A DNA stretch of 64,000 nt, from the IMG/VR virus record IMGVR_UViG_3300022908_000001, positions 9,488 through 73,487 of that record. One strand, written 5' to 3'. The position numbers were made by a program, and so were the translations under genes. Source of the DNA: a virus. Positions 1-9,804 of the stretch are shown piece after piece (the first letter of the stretch is position 1; each line of letters opens with the position of its first letter). The notes under the pieces were generated by a model that saw only the letters and a program-made list of their open reading frames with translations, had not been told where the DNA came from and ran no database searches.

Positions 1-352
1 TGCAACACCGTAGCTTACGCGAAACTTCTCTTGCTTGGTTGTTATAGAAGTTGGCAGCGAGAAAATTATCCGTACCTGTTTTAATGGTTGAGCCGGGTAT
101 GGTGAATGCTAATGAGTTGTTTAGGTATGAATCTGCTGTAAGTGTAATAGATGCCGTGAGTAAGCCCGGTGTGAATGTTACTGTAGCTATGGGATTGTTA
201 AGGCCATCTGTTATCGTGTCGAGTCGGGAAACTATGTTGCCGAGTGTTACGCCGTCTGTATTGGTCGAGTAATTCGAGATGTCCGTTATGATGACAGTTT
301 CGCCAGACGCCGACTGTGCAAGTGATACTGCTGGTTGGAAAGGTACTGCCAT
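1..352 (-). CDS. Putative tail/structural protein, runs off the window start
   Basis: ATG at 352 opens MAVPFQPAVSLAQSASGETVIITDISNYSTNT...KLRCC with no stop before position 1. Thr/Ser-rich and co-oriented with the virion genes. Not in the supplied ORF track. Confidence 0.55.
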   Translation of the reverse strand, partial: MAVPFQPAVSLAQSASGETVIITDISNYSTNTDGVTLGNIVSRLDTITDGLNNPIATVTFTPGLLTASITLTADSYLNNSLAFTIPGSTIKTGTDNFLAANFYNNQAREVSRKLRCC

Positions 353-377
353 GTCTTTAAAAGTTTGTCTAAGGTAA

Positions 378-3300
378 TTATTTTTTCTTATTTGTAAAAG
401 TATTCACACCAACACCAAATTGTGACGGAACAAGCACCTTGAGTGCGTTGGTTATGCCGCCTAATTTATAAGCCTCGTAAACATCTGTTGCGGGTAACGG
501 AACAAACTCTTCCGGCACATTAGGCCATAAATGGTATGGTTGCCCCACAACATCTTTTCCTGCCATTAGATTAGTCGCACTTCCGACAATAGGGTTAAGC
601 TTACCGCGCACAAAGCTGATTGTATTATCCAAACGTGTTGGTGCCCCAAACTTACCACTTGTCAGGCTTTTTGGTTGAGTTGTTCCCGCAGCTACTTTTT
701 GACCCGATAGCATTTGCGACAGGTAAACCACATATTGTGTCAATCCACCTAAAATATCATAACGGGTATCACCGTCCTTTATCTTTAAGAAATCAGAACC
801 ACGCGGATCGTGTGAAACTTTTAATCCTGCCAGTGATGCCATAGTGAGTATCGTTCCTGCCGTGGCCAGTGTTTTACCAATGTCCTTTGCCGCTAACACC
901 TTTGCTGATCTTGACAATCGAGGGTCACCCCACAGATATAATGTATGGATACGGGCAGCCATGAATCGGGGCGAGAATAACAGGTTACTTAATACGGCAG
1001 GCTGTTTACCTCCCAACGCATCAGGTATATTGCCACGACCGGAAAGTACATTAACCACCGTAGCCAAGTCGCGGAATGCTTCGGGATTGTTTTTGAAAGT
1101 GTATCCACGTTCCTGTAACTTAGCGGCTTCTGAAATAAATACACCCGTTCGTATAGCGTTTAAATAACCGGTATAGGCACGTTCTGCACCCTGATGTATT
1201 TTACCCAATACCGGGATTTTCTCCAACAGGTTCGACGTAAATTGCTCTTCCCGTGCCAATAATTCAGGGTTGTTTTTCTCGCTGATATATAAGCCGGACG
1301 CTTTCATCAATTCGTATTGAGGCGAACGTTTAATATCTGAAAACCAATCCTGATACTTCTTTTCGGAGAAAGTCTGACCAAACATCGTCTTCAATGCCTT
1401 CACAGCCTCTCCGGGATGCGCTACGGTTGGTATTAAACCCTGACGCAATACAGCCGAAAAGTCCAACGTGGCTTTTATAGCACGTGGCAATGAGGCAACG
1501 TTCAACGTAACATCTTTAGCTTTCTCGAATTTGCTCCGTTTGTCGAGCTCACGTCGAGCCTGCTCTAAGTCGTAATCATGTCTTAATGCATCCCTCTTTC
1601 TGCGCAACTCCATAGCCTCCGGTGACTCATCGGGCTCCTTTGGCTGTGGCTTTTCATAGTCACCCTTAGCTATTTTGTCCTGTAACTCCTTGATTGATTT
1701 TTGAAGTTGTCGCTTGCTTGCTTCCTTATTCTTCTCGTCATAAAGTCCATTTTCCTTATCCAATTCCCTAAGACGGGTACGCAGCGCCTCAATCTTCTCA
1801 TCGGCTACCCTCCGTTTTGGTTCGGGTAGCTTACGCAATCCATTTTCAGCATCGTCAATTTGGCTTAGTAACTTAGCTTCATTCTTTAACTTGCGTATCT
1901 GTTCCTGAATGGCATCTTTGGTAACCGGTTCATTGTACTTACCACTAACCAGATCATACATTTCTTTGGTGGATAATTCTTTCAGGTCGAGTTCTTCTCT
2001 GATTCGCTTAACAACCTCCGAAAGTTCTGTTATTTTCTCGTGCGCCAATGATGTTACCATTTTAGCTACATAAGGCGCTGCGGCACGTAAGAATTGAGCA
2101 GATGCGCCAAAAACATCATTCAACTGGCCATTCTTACGCATTTCAGCTAACTTCTTACTGAACTCTTGCGATATAGCTTTTCGTTCCTTAACAAAATCTT
2201 CATGCGTCTTGGCTGTGCTTCGGGTACGTGGTTTTGATACAGCCTTTTCAGCTTTTAATCTGGCTATTTCTTCCTGTGATTCCTGTAACTTCTTCTCATA
2301 AGCGGCATTAGCCTTTTCAAGTTCAGAATGACGATTGCTGACATCGGCCAGTTGGGTTTCAGTAAGCGGTTTGCCATCGTTTAACCTGCGTTCATTTCGT
2401 ATAAGCGATTCTAAGGAATAGTTATTATGCAACTGGAACTGACCGGACTTTAAAGCACGACCGGCATTACTGCGGGTAGCATCATTTGCATTAGCGACAT
2501 CCTGAAAGTCTTTCAGAGCGGCGTCACGCTTACCTGTCAACTCATCCAGTTTTTCAGCACTCATGGTAGCCGCACCTTCTTCGATTCGCTTGTTCAGATC
2601 AACTATCTCGTCAGTACGCGTTCCGATATGCTTAGCTAATATGGCATTTTCCGTATCGGTAGCTACGTGCTTATCATCCTTTATTTTACGAACTAATTCG
2701 TGAATATCGTAACCGTCTTTAAGGGCTTTATCTGCCTCTGCCTCGACTATATCCTTACTTCGCGTACCACCTTTATTGTCATCCAATTTAACATCAACCT
2801 TGTCAGCTTGCTCTTTTATTGAGGTTTTTTTGGAGGAAACGGGTTCTTCTGATTTGGGTGGTTCAGGAACTACTTCTTCCGCTTGCTGTGCATCGCGGCC
2901 GCCGCTGTTTTCGGGTTGTGGCTGACTTTCTCCGGCAACTTGGCTCCCTTCGGTGTCTCCGATTGGAACTTCGCTGCTATCTCCGGGTGTTGGCTGTATA
3001 GGTACGCCCGTTGTGCTTGGCTCTTGAATGGCATTTTGTTGTTCTCCTTCCTGTGTTATTGGTTCTGCATTAGTAGAAACACCCGCATCGGCTACCAATG
3101 GGCTAACACCTTCCTGCGCAGTATCGACAGGACTTTTATTTTCAGATGTAGTTTCGGATGTTTCTATACTGCTGTCTTTTGATTCAGGCGTTAACCCGAC
3201 TATATCAGCTATCTCATCAGTTTTTACCTGTGATTTAGCTTTGCGTTCCATATCCTCCAATTCATACCGTTCAGGCGTAATTTCTTCTTTAACGCCATTT

Positions 3301-4956
3301 ACAGTTTTAAAATACTTTCCCTCATCGCCTTCAACTCCTTTTGAATAAGTAGTACGGTTTCCCGTAACCAGGTCTTTTAATTTATCATTGGCCTGGTCTA
3401 TCTTATCCTGTATCAACTGCTCCTGCTGTCCGGGTATTTCAGATACAGATGGGTCAAGTTTACTTCGCTGTTCCTGTAAGTCCTTTAATTGACCCTCCAA
3501 TTCATTTCGACCCATAATAATGGATACACCTTTTGTAACTTTTTTAGCAGGCAAGGTGGGCGGTAACTTGGCTACCGTATTGGATAGTAAATCAACTCCG
3601 TCCTGTGCTTGCTGTATCTGCTCATCAGTCCAGCCCTTTTCTTTACCGTGTTGTACAACGTCTTGTTTTAGTGACGCAACAGCTTCGGGGCTATTATCGG
3701 TCTGTAATTTCTCAATAGTTGGATTAGGATTGTGCCCAAGCATGCCTAACATTTCACCAGCGCCCGTTATCCCGCCAAATACTGCGGCAGGCGAAGTTAT
3801 TATATTGCCCAATGCTGCTTTCAAATCACCATGTGGGTTCTGATCTAAACCGAACGGTTCCGATACCCCTTGTACAAAGTCTGCACCTGTGGTATCTTTA
3901 AACGGCTCTTCGCCACTCACAGCATTGGCTAATTTCTTAGTTCCGAATGTGGCAGCATTAGCGGCAGATAACTCCGTGCCAACTTTAGCATATTGGGCTA
4001 TAGCAGATAACCCAGTTTGTCCAACTTTTTCAGCAAGCGTGTTGGCTTTGGACAGGAAAGCATCTGCAATATCCTGCGAGGTTGCCTGTATGCCCTTTTC
4101 ACCTAATTCCTGTATGGCTTCGGCTGTCAAGCCTGATACGATATTGCTTTTAGCGGCGCTCCCGAATGAGTTAAATACCTTACCCATGCTGCCACGACCT
4201 AACGCTGTCCCAATAACACCTGAACCGAGTATGAAGAGGTCGTCGGAATGGTTATCAAACTTAACGCCATTGTCCTTCATCTTTTGAACGGCGGTTGCAG
4301 CTTGACCGGCTGTTTGCAATCCAAATGAAGCGCCGCCTGTTTCCCCCGCTGTTATTAAGGACGGAGCCATAAAAGCGAATTGGTTGATAGCATTGTGAAC
4401 CTTACTATCGCCTTGTTGCAGTGTGCTCGGGTCTAAACCGAATGTTTCCTTTCGGCTATCGGCAACCTGATCAAGTACCCGCTTTGTTTCCGCATCATCA
4501 ACCAGACCTATTTTATTTGCGCCATAATACAATGGGGCGATAGTCATATTGGCAATACCTTTATTCAAGCTGCCTGCTATGGATTTTAACTCATAAGCGG
4601 CTTTTTGGCTAAATGTTGGCGCTACGTATTGTTTGATTTGATCGGGTTGTTGATCTGGTGCAACTAAGTTTCCACCTTGCGCTTGCCTGTATGCAGCCAA
4701 GTTGCCCTCAAGTTGGTTCGACAGCGCCTGTGATTTCGCATCTTGTGCGGCGTGGTATTGCGGAGTAAATGGCGTAACAGGTTCAGTACTTGACGGGGAA
4801 AGGGGGTCGGGTAGGCTACCTAAACCAGTTAATGAACCTGTGCCACCAGTAGAGTGGGGTATATTTTTTTTTAGGAGGCGGCGGGGGTAACCCATCGTCT
4901 CCTGAACTAACCTTTTTAGGGGGAGGTGGTAATAAATCGTCGTCTACTGTTCCCAT
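378..4956 (-). CDS. Large internal virion (ejection) protein; probable true start at 4956 joined by a frameshift at an A9 run
   Basis: 1505-aa ORF (378-4895) with Ala/Gly-rich, acidic-linker and coiled-coil segments, last of three consecutive ejection-type genes. An upstream ATG at 4956 abuts the previous stop (see findings). Confidence 0.65.
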
Positions 4957-6531
4957 CTATTTAATATTATATCCCTGAGCTTTATAATAATCAACCAGCT
5001 CTTGTTGCGTATATCCTTCGAATCCCGGCTTACCTACTTTTGATTGTATTTGTTGTAACGTTGTCGTTTTCCCATGTTGCCCGGTTCCGGCATTATTCTG
5101 AACCGTAGGCAAATGCTTCTTACCACCAACTGTTCTTAATGCAGATATGTCTACCTTCTCGCCGGTTAATTGATTCACCAACTCATTTAGTTCAACATCT
5201 GCGTTAGGGTCTTGTTTATTTATCGTTACCACGTGCGATGGCTGAACATCAGCATAGTCCCCAGCGCCATTATTGGCTTTCGGATCGAACTTTCGGCGTG
5301 CCGGAATAGTGAATTTTATATTATCTCCCTCTACCTTAATACCCAGTTCTGTTTTTGGATCATAAGACGGATCAGCCTTTAGCCGGTTTGTAAGCGTCTC
5401 CCCACTCCCCGGAACTCCTGTCAACATATCACTAACTAACTTTTGACGGTATATCGGAGTGGTGTCTTTAACTCCTTTTTCTTTAGCCAACTCCATGCGT
5501 TGACGAGCCAAATCTAAATTAGCTTCACTTATAGCTAACCTGTCTTCTCCATAGTCAGGCACTTTTTTTGTTTCTACATTGGCGTCGAGCCTGCTTCTAA
5601 AATCGCCCAATACCTTACCATAGCCCGCATTTTGCTTGGTGACTACATCAACTAATTTATCCTTTGCATGCGGGTCGGCTGGGTCAATACCGGCAGCTTG
5701 TAGCGTAGCAGTATAATGCGGTTGCTGTGCATTCTGTAATATCTGGTCAGCTATAGCATTAACACGTGGTGCATCAGTAGGATATATCGTTCCGCCATGA
5801 CCGTTTGGTATACCACCAATATCACCAACATGGGGGTCGATTCCATATCCTTGAAGCAATGGTGAAAACTCCGGTTGGCTTAATATTGCCTGCCCTTGTA
5901 CAACATGGTTGTGTGAATTTGGTTCCGTTATGGTGTATCCGCCTGCGCTTCTTACATTTGCCGTAGCGTGTCCCAACTTCACCGCATCATTCAAGTCCAA
6001 ATTCCGTTCTTCCAATGGCGGTGGCGGAGTGTATAATGCACTCACGGGATCGCTGTGATATTTTTGCAACCAATCAATATTGGCCTGTTTGCTCTCAGGT
6101 GTATAGTTTTTACTCTTATCAGCTATAGCCGTAGCTACTGCAACTGCCCGCTTATTAGCTTGGTCGGTAGACTTCGCAACCGTATTAAGCTGATTTGTTT
6201 GACGGATGAAGTCAGGATTTGTAAAAGGGTCTTGCCCTGTAGAGGCATGATACTGCGCTGCGCTGCTCAATAAGTCATCGAATTTAGGTTGTAGCCATTT
6301 GGTGTACTCATTGGCAATCTCGGGTGTTTTAAACTGATACAGGTGATTTGCATATGCTTCATTAGCTTTCTGTTGCTGTTGCTGTAATAACGCCGCCTGC
6401 GCACGCCTGTCGGACTCTCTTTCATTAGCTAACTGCATGAAGTATCCCGTAGTCCTGCTTTGTGGCAGAACATAGGCTAATCCTTGCCCTTGTTGCGACT
6501 GATCGCCTTCAAATCCTGATAGTTCATCCAT
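4957..6531 (-). CDS. Putative internal virion (ejection) protein, 524 aa
   Basis: Gln/Ala-rich helical protein lying between the small pilot-like gene and the giant ejection gene. Confidence 0.55.
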   Translation of the reverse strand: MDELSGFEGDQSQQGQGLAYVLPQSRTTGYFMQLANERESDRRAQAALLQQQQQKANEAYANHLYQFKTPEIANEYTKWLQPKFDDLLSSAAQYHASTGQDPFTNPDFIRQTNQLNTVAKSTDQANKRAVAVATAIADKSKNYTPESKQANIDWLQKYHSDPVSALYTPPPPLEERNLDLNDAVKLGHATANVRSAGGYTITEPNSHNHVVQGQAILSQPEFSPLLQGYGIDPHVGDIGGIPNGHGGTIYPTDAPRVNAIADQILQNAQQPHYTATLQAAGIDPADPHAKDKLVDVVTKQNAGYGKVLGDFRSRLDANVETKKVPDYGEDRLAISEANLDLARQRMELAKEKGVKDTTPIYRQKLVSDMLTGVPGSGETLTNRLKADPSYDPKTELGIKVEGDNIKFTIPARRKFDPKANNGAGDYADVQPSHVVTINKQDPNADVELNELVNQLTGEKVDISALRTVGGKKHLPTVQNNAGTGQHGKTTTLQQIQSKVGKPGFEGYTQQELVDYYKAQGYNIK

Positions 6532-6533
6532 CG

Positions 6534-7226
6534 CTAAAAAGGTTTCCAGTTAGTGTAGTCCGGTACTTTATATGGTACGTACGGGGTGTTATTTGTGGTA
6601 ATAGGGGTTGCATACGGGCTATTGTTTACCGGTGAGCCCTGTGGCTGCGTAGTCGCATCTGAACCACCGCCGTAAGCTTTAGCTGCACCAATGACGGATG
6701 AACCAATATCATCCAACCCGCTGTACAAATTCTGCTGACCTGCGCCATACATTGATGAGGCAAGATTAGCTGTACGCAGGTATGGTTGTAGTGTATTGTT
6801 GTTGTACAATTGCCGTTGCCATTGAGCCTGATTTCCCAATGCAGATTCATAACCGCCCAATGCCTGCGCTTTATATTGCGATTCTTGTGCATTTAAATTA
6901 TTGGTAGCCAAGTTGGTTCCTTGTCCTATGCGTGTAGCAAGGTCGAGCACGTCTCCCCCGCTTGAAGCGCCTTGACTGCCCCGGTAGAACTGCGTCGCTG
7001 AATTCCGGTTTATATCATTGCGTGCTTGTGCATCGCCGGGCATGCCATTCGTGTAGTTGCGAGCCGCTAAGTCTGTGGCTAATCCAACCTCGGAAGGCAT
7101 TTCCTCGGGCGTAAATATGTTTGATTTAGCCAAACGGTTAGCCTGCGCTGTTTGATTTGCGCCTTTAACAGCCTTATATATGCCTAAGCCTGCCGATACT
7201 GCGCCTGCGGCTATAACGAAACTCAT
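6534..7226 (-). CDS. Putative DNA pilot/small ejection protein, 230 aa
   Basis: N-terminal SFVIAAGAVSAGLGIYKAVKG amphipathic Gly/Ala segment followed by a Gln/Asn/Ala-rich body, typical of podovirus pilot proteins. Confidence 0.6.
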   Translation of the reverse strand: MSFVIAAGAVSAGLGIYKAVKGANQTAQANRLAKSNIFTPEEMPSEVGLATDLAARNYTNGMPGDAQARNDINRNSATQFYRGSQGASSGGDVLDLATRIGQGTNLATNNLNAQESQYKAQALGGYESALGNQAQWQRQLYNNNTLQPYLRTANLASSMYGAGQQNLYSGLDDIGSSVIGAAKAYGGGSDATTQPQGSPVNNSPYATPITTNNTPYVPYKVPDYTNWKPF

Positions 7227-7687
7227 TGTAATGCCTCCTGTTTTCTTCCTTCTAAGTATGGGTTCTCGCGAGCCTCTATAATATCATGTTCAACCAATAA
7301 AGCCGTTTCCTCAACACCGCATTCATCTGTAGGAAACCGTTCTGTCGGATGAAAGGTAATCAGCATTGTATCTTCATGGGTAACGAACACCCTGCGCGTT
7401 CCCGGTTCTGTCACACCCTTATGGTATCCGATTACGCGCTCCCATCCTCTGCCCTTAAGGTAAATATCAACATTCCCATAAGCGATAACGAATTGGTGCT
7501 GTGTTTTATGGCACTTGCTCATTATCTCCAACCCGGCAGGCATAAACAATTCACGGGAGTACAAGCCTTTGGTGAACACATGCTTTACAGGTAATTCTAC
7601 CTGTGGCTTGTCTGCTATCGCGGCGTGCACGAGGTCGAGAACCTGGTCTTCAGTGAATGTTTGCTCCATTTTGCCTAAAGTTATCAC
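7223..7687 (-). CDS. Cupin-fold phage protein
   Basis: VKHVFTKGLYSRELFMPAG...SKCHKTQHQFVIAYG...GTRRVFVTHEDT...TFH, a His-rich beta-barrel pattern seen next to ejection genes. Confidence 0.6.
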   Translation of the reverse strand: MITLGKMEQTFTEDQVLDLVHAAIADKPQVELPVKHVFTKGLYSRELFMPAGLEIMSKCHKTQHQFVIAYGNVDIYLKGRGWERVIGYHKGVTEPGTRRVFVTHEDTMLITFHPTERFPTDECGVEETALLVEHDIIEARENPYLEGRKQEALQ

Positions 7688-8139
7688 TTATTTTTTAATT
7701 TAGCAATCGCGGCATCATAGGCGGATGTATTAGTCCCGTAGTTCTGTCCATTAAACGCCGCTACAGGATATCTGTAAGATGAAGTCCGGCTACCGAGCCA
7801 CCCGTCAACGGGGCTTATCCCACCCATTATTTCATCTTCTGACTTGACATCCGGAGCAGCAGCAGGATTAGCTTTCCATTTTTGTATCAATGACTGCCTG
7901 TAATTCTGTAAATCCGATTGGACTGCCGGAACTTGGTCGTATGTTAAGGTAAAATGTGGGTTTTGTGCCCGGTATTCTTCCATTAACTTCTGTCCTAAGC
8001 CGGTGTCACGGTTATCCAATGCGGGATTTCCTTGCATGCCCTTCTGCTTTAGGTAGTCCAAGAATGAGTTCCATTGCATTCTCTGGTCATTGCCTAATGG
8101 TGTTCTGCTTGTAGCTGCGGCTGCTTTTACGTACGTCAT
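7684..8139 (-). CDS. Hypothetical virion-module protein, 151 aa
   Basis: ORF overlaps the next gene by 4 nt and is co-oriented with it. Confidence 0.5.
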   Translation of the reverse strand: MTYVKAAAATSRTPLGNDQRMQWNSFLDYLKQKGMQGNPALDNRDTGLGQKLMEEYRAQNPHFTLTYDQVPAVQSDLQNYRQSLIQKWKANPAAAPDVKSEDEIMGGISPVDGWLGSRTSSYRYPVAAFNGQNYGTNTSAYDAAIAKLKNK

Positions 8140-8178
8140 AATTTAAAATTATATAATTACCATACAATAATAATCAAT

Positions 8179-8769
8179 TTATTGCAACCATTTCCATTTT
8201 CTTCTTTTTGCTAAGTCATCTATATGGCGCCTTTGTAAATTAGGGAATGCCTCACAAATTTGTTTTATCTTACTACCCGAATCATACATTCGTCTAATTT
8301 CCAAAACCTCATACTCTTTAACGGTTCTATTTTTCTGCTCGGATATAGGCTTTTTAACAAATCCAGCATTGTATCTTGCGTCAAAACGCGCTTCGGTAGC
8401 AAGCCTTGTACAATCTTGGCACCTACACCCATAACTATATGCGGTTTTACTTGGATGGGTAACTACCGGCATCCTTCCTTTGAGTTGAGCATCGTTCATG
8501 TTATCTTTCTGCGTACCCAAAAATAAGTGAAACGGATTTACGCAACTCGGATTGTCGCATTTATGGCAAATTTTCATACCTTCCGGCACTTCTCCTATGT
8601 AATGCATATAAGAATACCTATGCGCAAAATACCCCCTTTCCCTTGTTTTAAATGAACCGTAGCCTTTTTTGTTTTTGCTTGCCTGCCATTCCCAACAACC
8701 GTTTTCTGGAGTGTATTTAACGAAACTAATAAACCTTTCAATATCAGATAATTTACTTCTCGGTGGCAT
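8179..8769 (-). CDS. HNH homing endonuclease
   Basis: GCWEW...GYG...AHRYSY...ICHKCDNPSCVNPFHLFLGTQKDNMND, a classic HNH/Zn motif. Confidence 0.92.
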   Translation of the reverse strand: MPPRSKLSDIERFISFVKYTPENGCWEWQASKNKKGYGSFKTRERGYFAHRYSYMHYIGEVPEGMKICHKCDNPSCVNPFHLFLGTQKDNMNDAQLKGRMPVVTHPSKTAYSYGCRCQDCTRLATEARFDARYNAGFVKKPISEQKNRTVKEYEVLEIRRMYDSGSKIKQICEAFPNLQRRHIDDLAKRRKWKWLQ

Positions 8770-8878
8770 AATACTAAAAAAGCCGATGAGCCGGGTTCAG
8801 TCTGCCAACATCCCCCGAATCAACGGCTATTAAATATCTTACTAACCGTGGCAGCGGTTATTTATCAATACAAATATA
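8770..8878 (-). promoter_or_regulatory. Promoter (TATATTTG) plus structured kissing-loop leader of the HNH gene
   Basis: -7 element at 8871-8878. Hairpin TAACCG-CTGCCA-CGGTTA, then a long hairpin carrying TGGCAG in its loop, followed by a U-tract. Confidence 0.6.
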
Positions 8879-8879
8879 A

Positions 8880-9803
8880 TTAAAACGAACGAGAAGTTTC
8901 GACATAATATGTCTCCACAGAGGATATTTCATTATACTCTGTGTCGTCGCATTGCAAATCAATAATAAGCCATCCGCCCTGCATTTTACGCCCATTGAAT
9001 AGGGCGTCTAATCGCCTTTGAGTTGGGTCACTAATTCCGGCGAAGTTCGGGTCGGTAACACAGCCCAAAATATCCGCCCAAAGTTTATTGTCAATTAACT
9101 TAAAGTTATTTTTCTTTAACTGAGTCAGCATACCATTAGGAAATTGATTGCTATCCGGCGTGGTTATCGATGGCATATACCATTTTCCTACCGCATCTAA
9201 TCTAAAGTTATAAAATATTTTCTCACGTTGATATTCAGCATTGACAATTATAGTTAGCTTTGATGAATATTGGTCACCATATAGGTTATTTTGAATAGGA
9301 TTGGTGTTGTGAACCCATAATTCACCATTCTTCCAGCTTATGAATGAGTCAATGAATTTAGCCATGACGTCGTTTGTGTACTCGTAATCGGCACACCATT
9401 TATTAGCCTTATCAAAGAAAGATACAACCTGAGCTGATTTTGGGCCGAGAAGTAAATCATAAAACTTCAAACCGTCAACCTGCAAATTTCCATCTGAAAA
9501 GAAAAATATCGAACTGTTATTAAGCTGAGTTAGTGTTTCGGTGTACGTACCATTAGCTGTGCGATTTGTGCCAGCTTGTGTACCAGCATATATCTGAACA
9601 CCGCCAGATGTCCTATTGGACACTGGGTATGTAAAAACGTATTGCCTACCGACTACCAATCCAAAATCAGTAAGGGATTGCGTAAAACCGGCATTACAAG
9701 CCGAGTGGATTAAGCTTCCATCGGAAATAACCCACCCTGTGTCTGTTGCGGCGACCGGGGCGTTTACATAGCCAGTTTGATTTTGTATGATTTGCAGGCT
9801 CAT
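8880..9803 (-). CDS. Tail protein resembling the C-terminal part of crAss-type stabilisation (muzzle) proteins
   Basis: VVSFFDKANKWCADYEY...FISWKNGELWVHNTNPIQNNLYG pattern; lies directly downstream of the 1349-aa gene. Confidence 0.6.
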   Translation of the reverse strand: MSLQIIQNQTGYVNAPVAATDTGWVISDGSLIHSACNAGFTQSLTDFGLVVGRQYVFTYPVSNRTSGGVQIYAGTQAGTNRTANGTYTETLTQLNNSSIFFFSDGNLQVDGLKFYDLLLGPKSAQVVSFFDKANKWCADYEYTNDVMAKFIDSFISWKNGELWVHNTNPIQNNLYGDQYSSKLTIIVNAEYQREKIFYNFRLDAVGKWYMPSITTPDSNQFPNGMLTQLKKNNFKLIDNKLWADILGCVTDPNFAGISDPTQRRLDALFNGRKMQGGWLIIDLQCDDTEYNEISSVETYYVETSRSF

Positions 9804-9804
9804 G

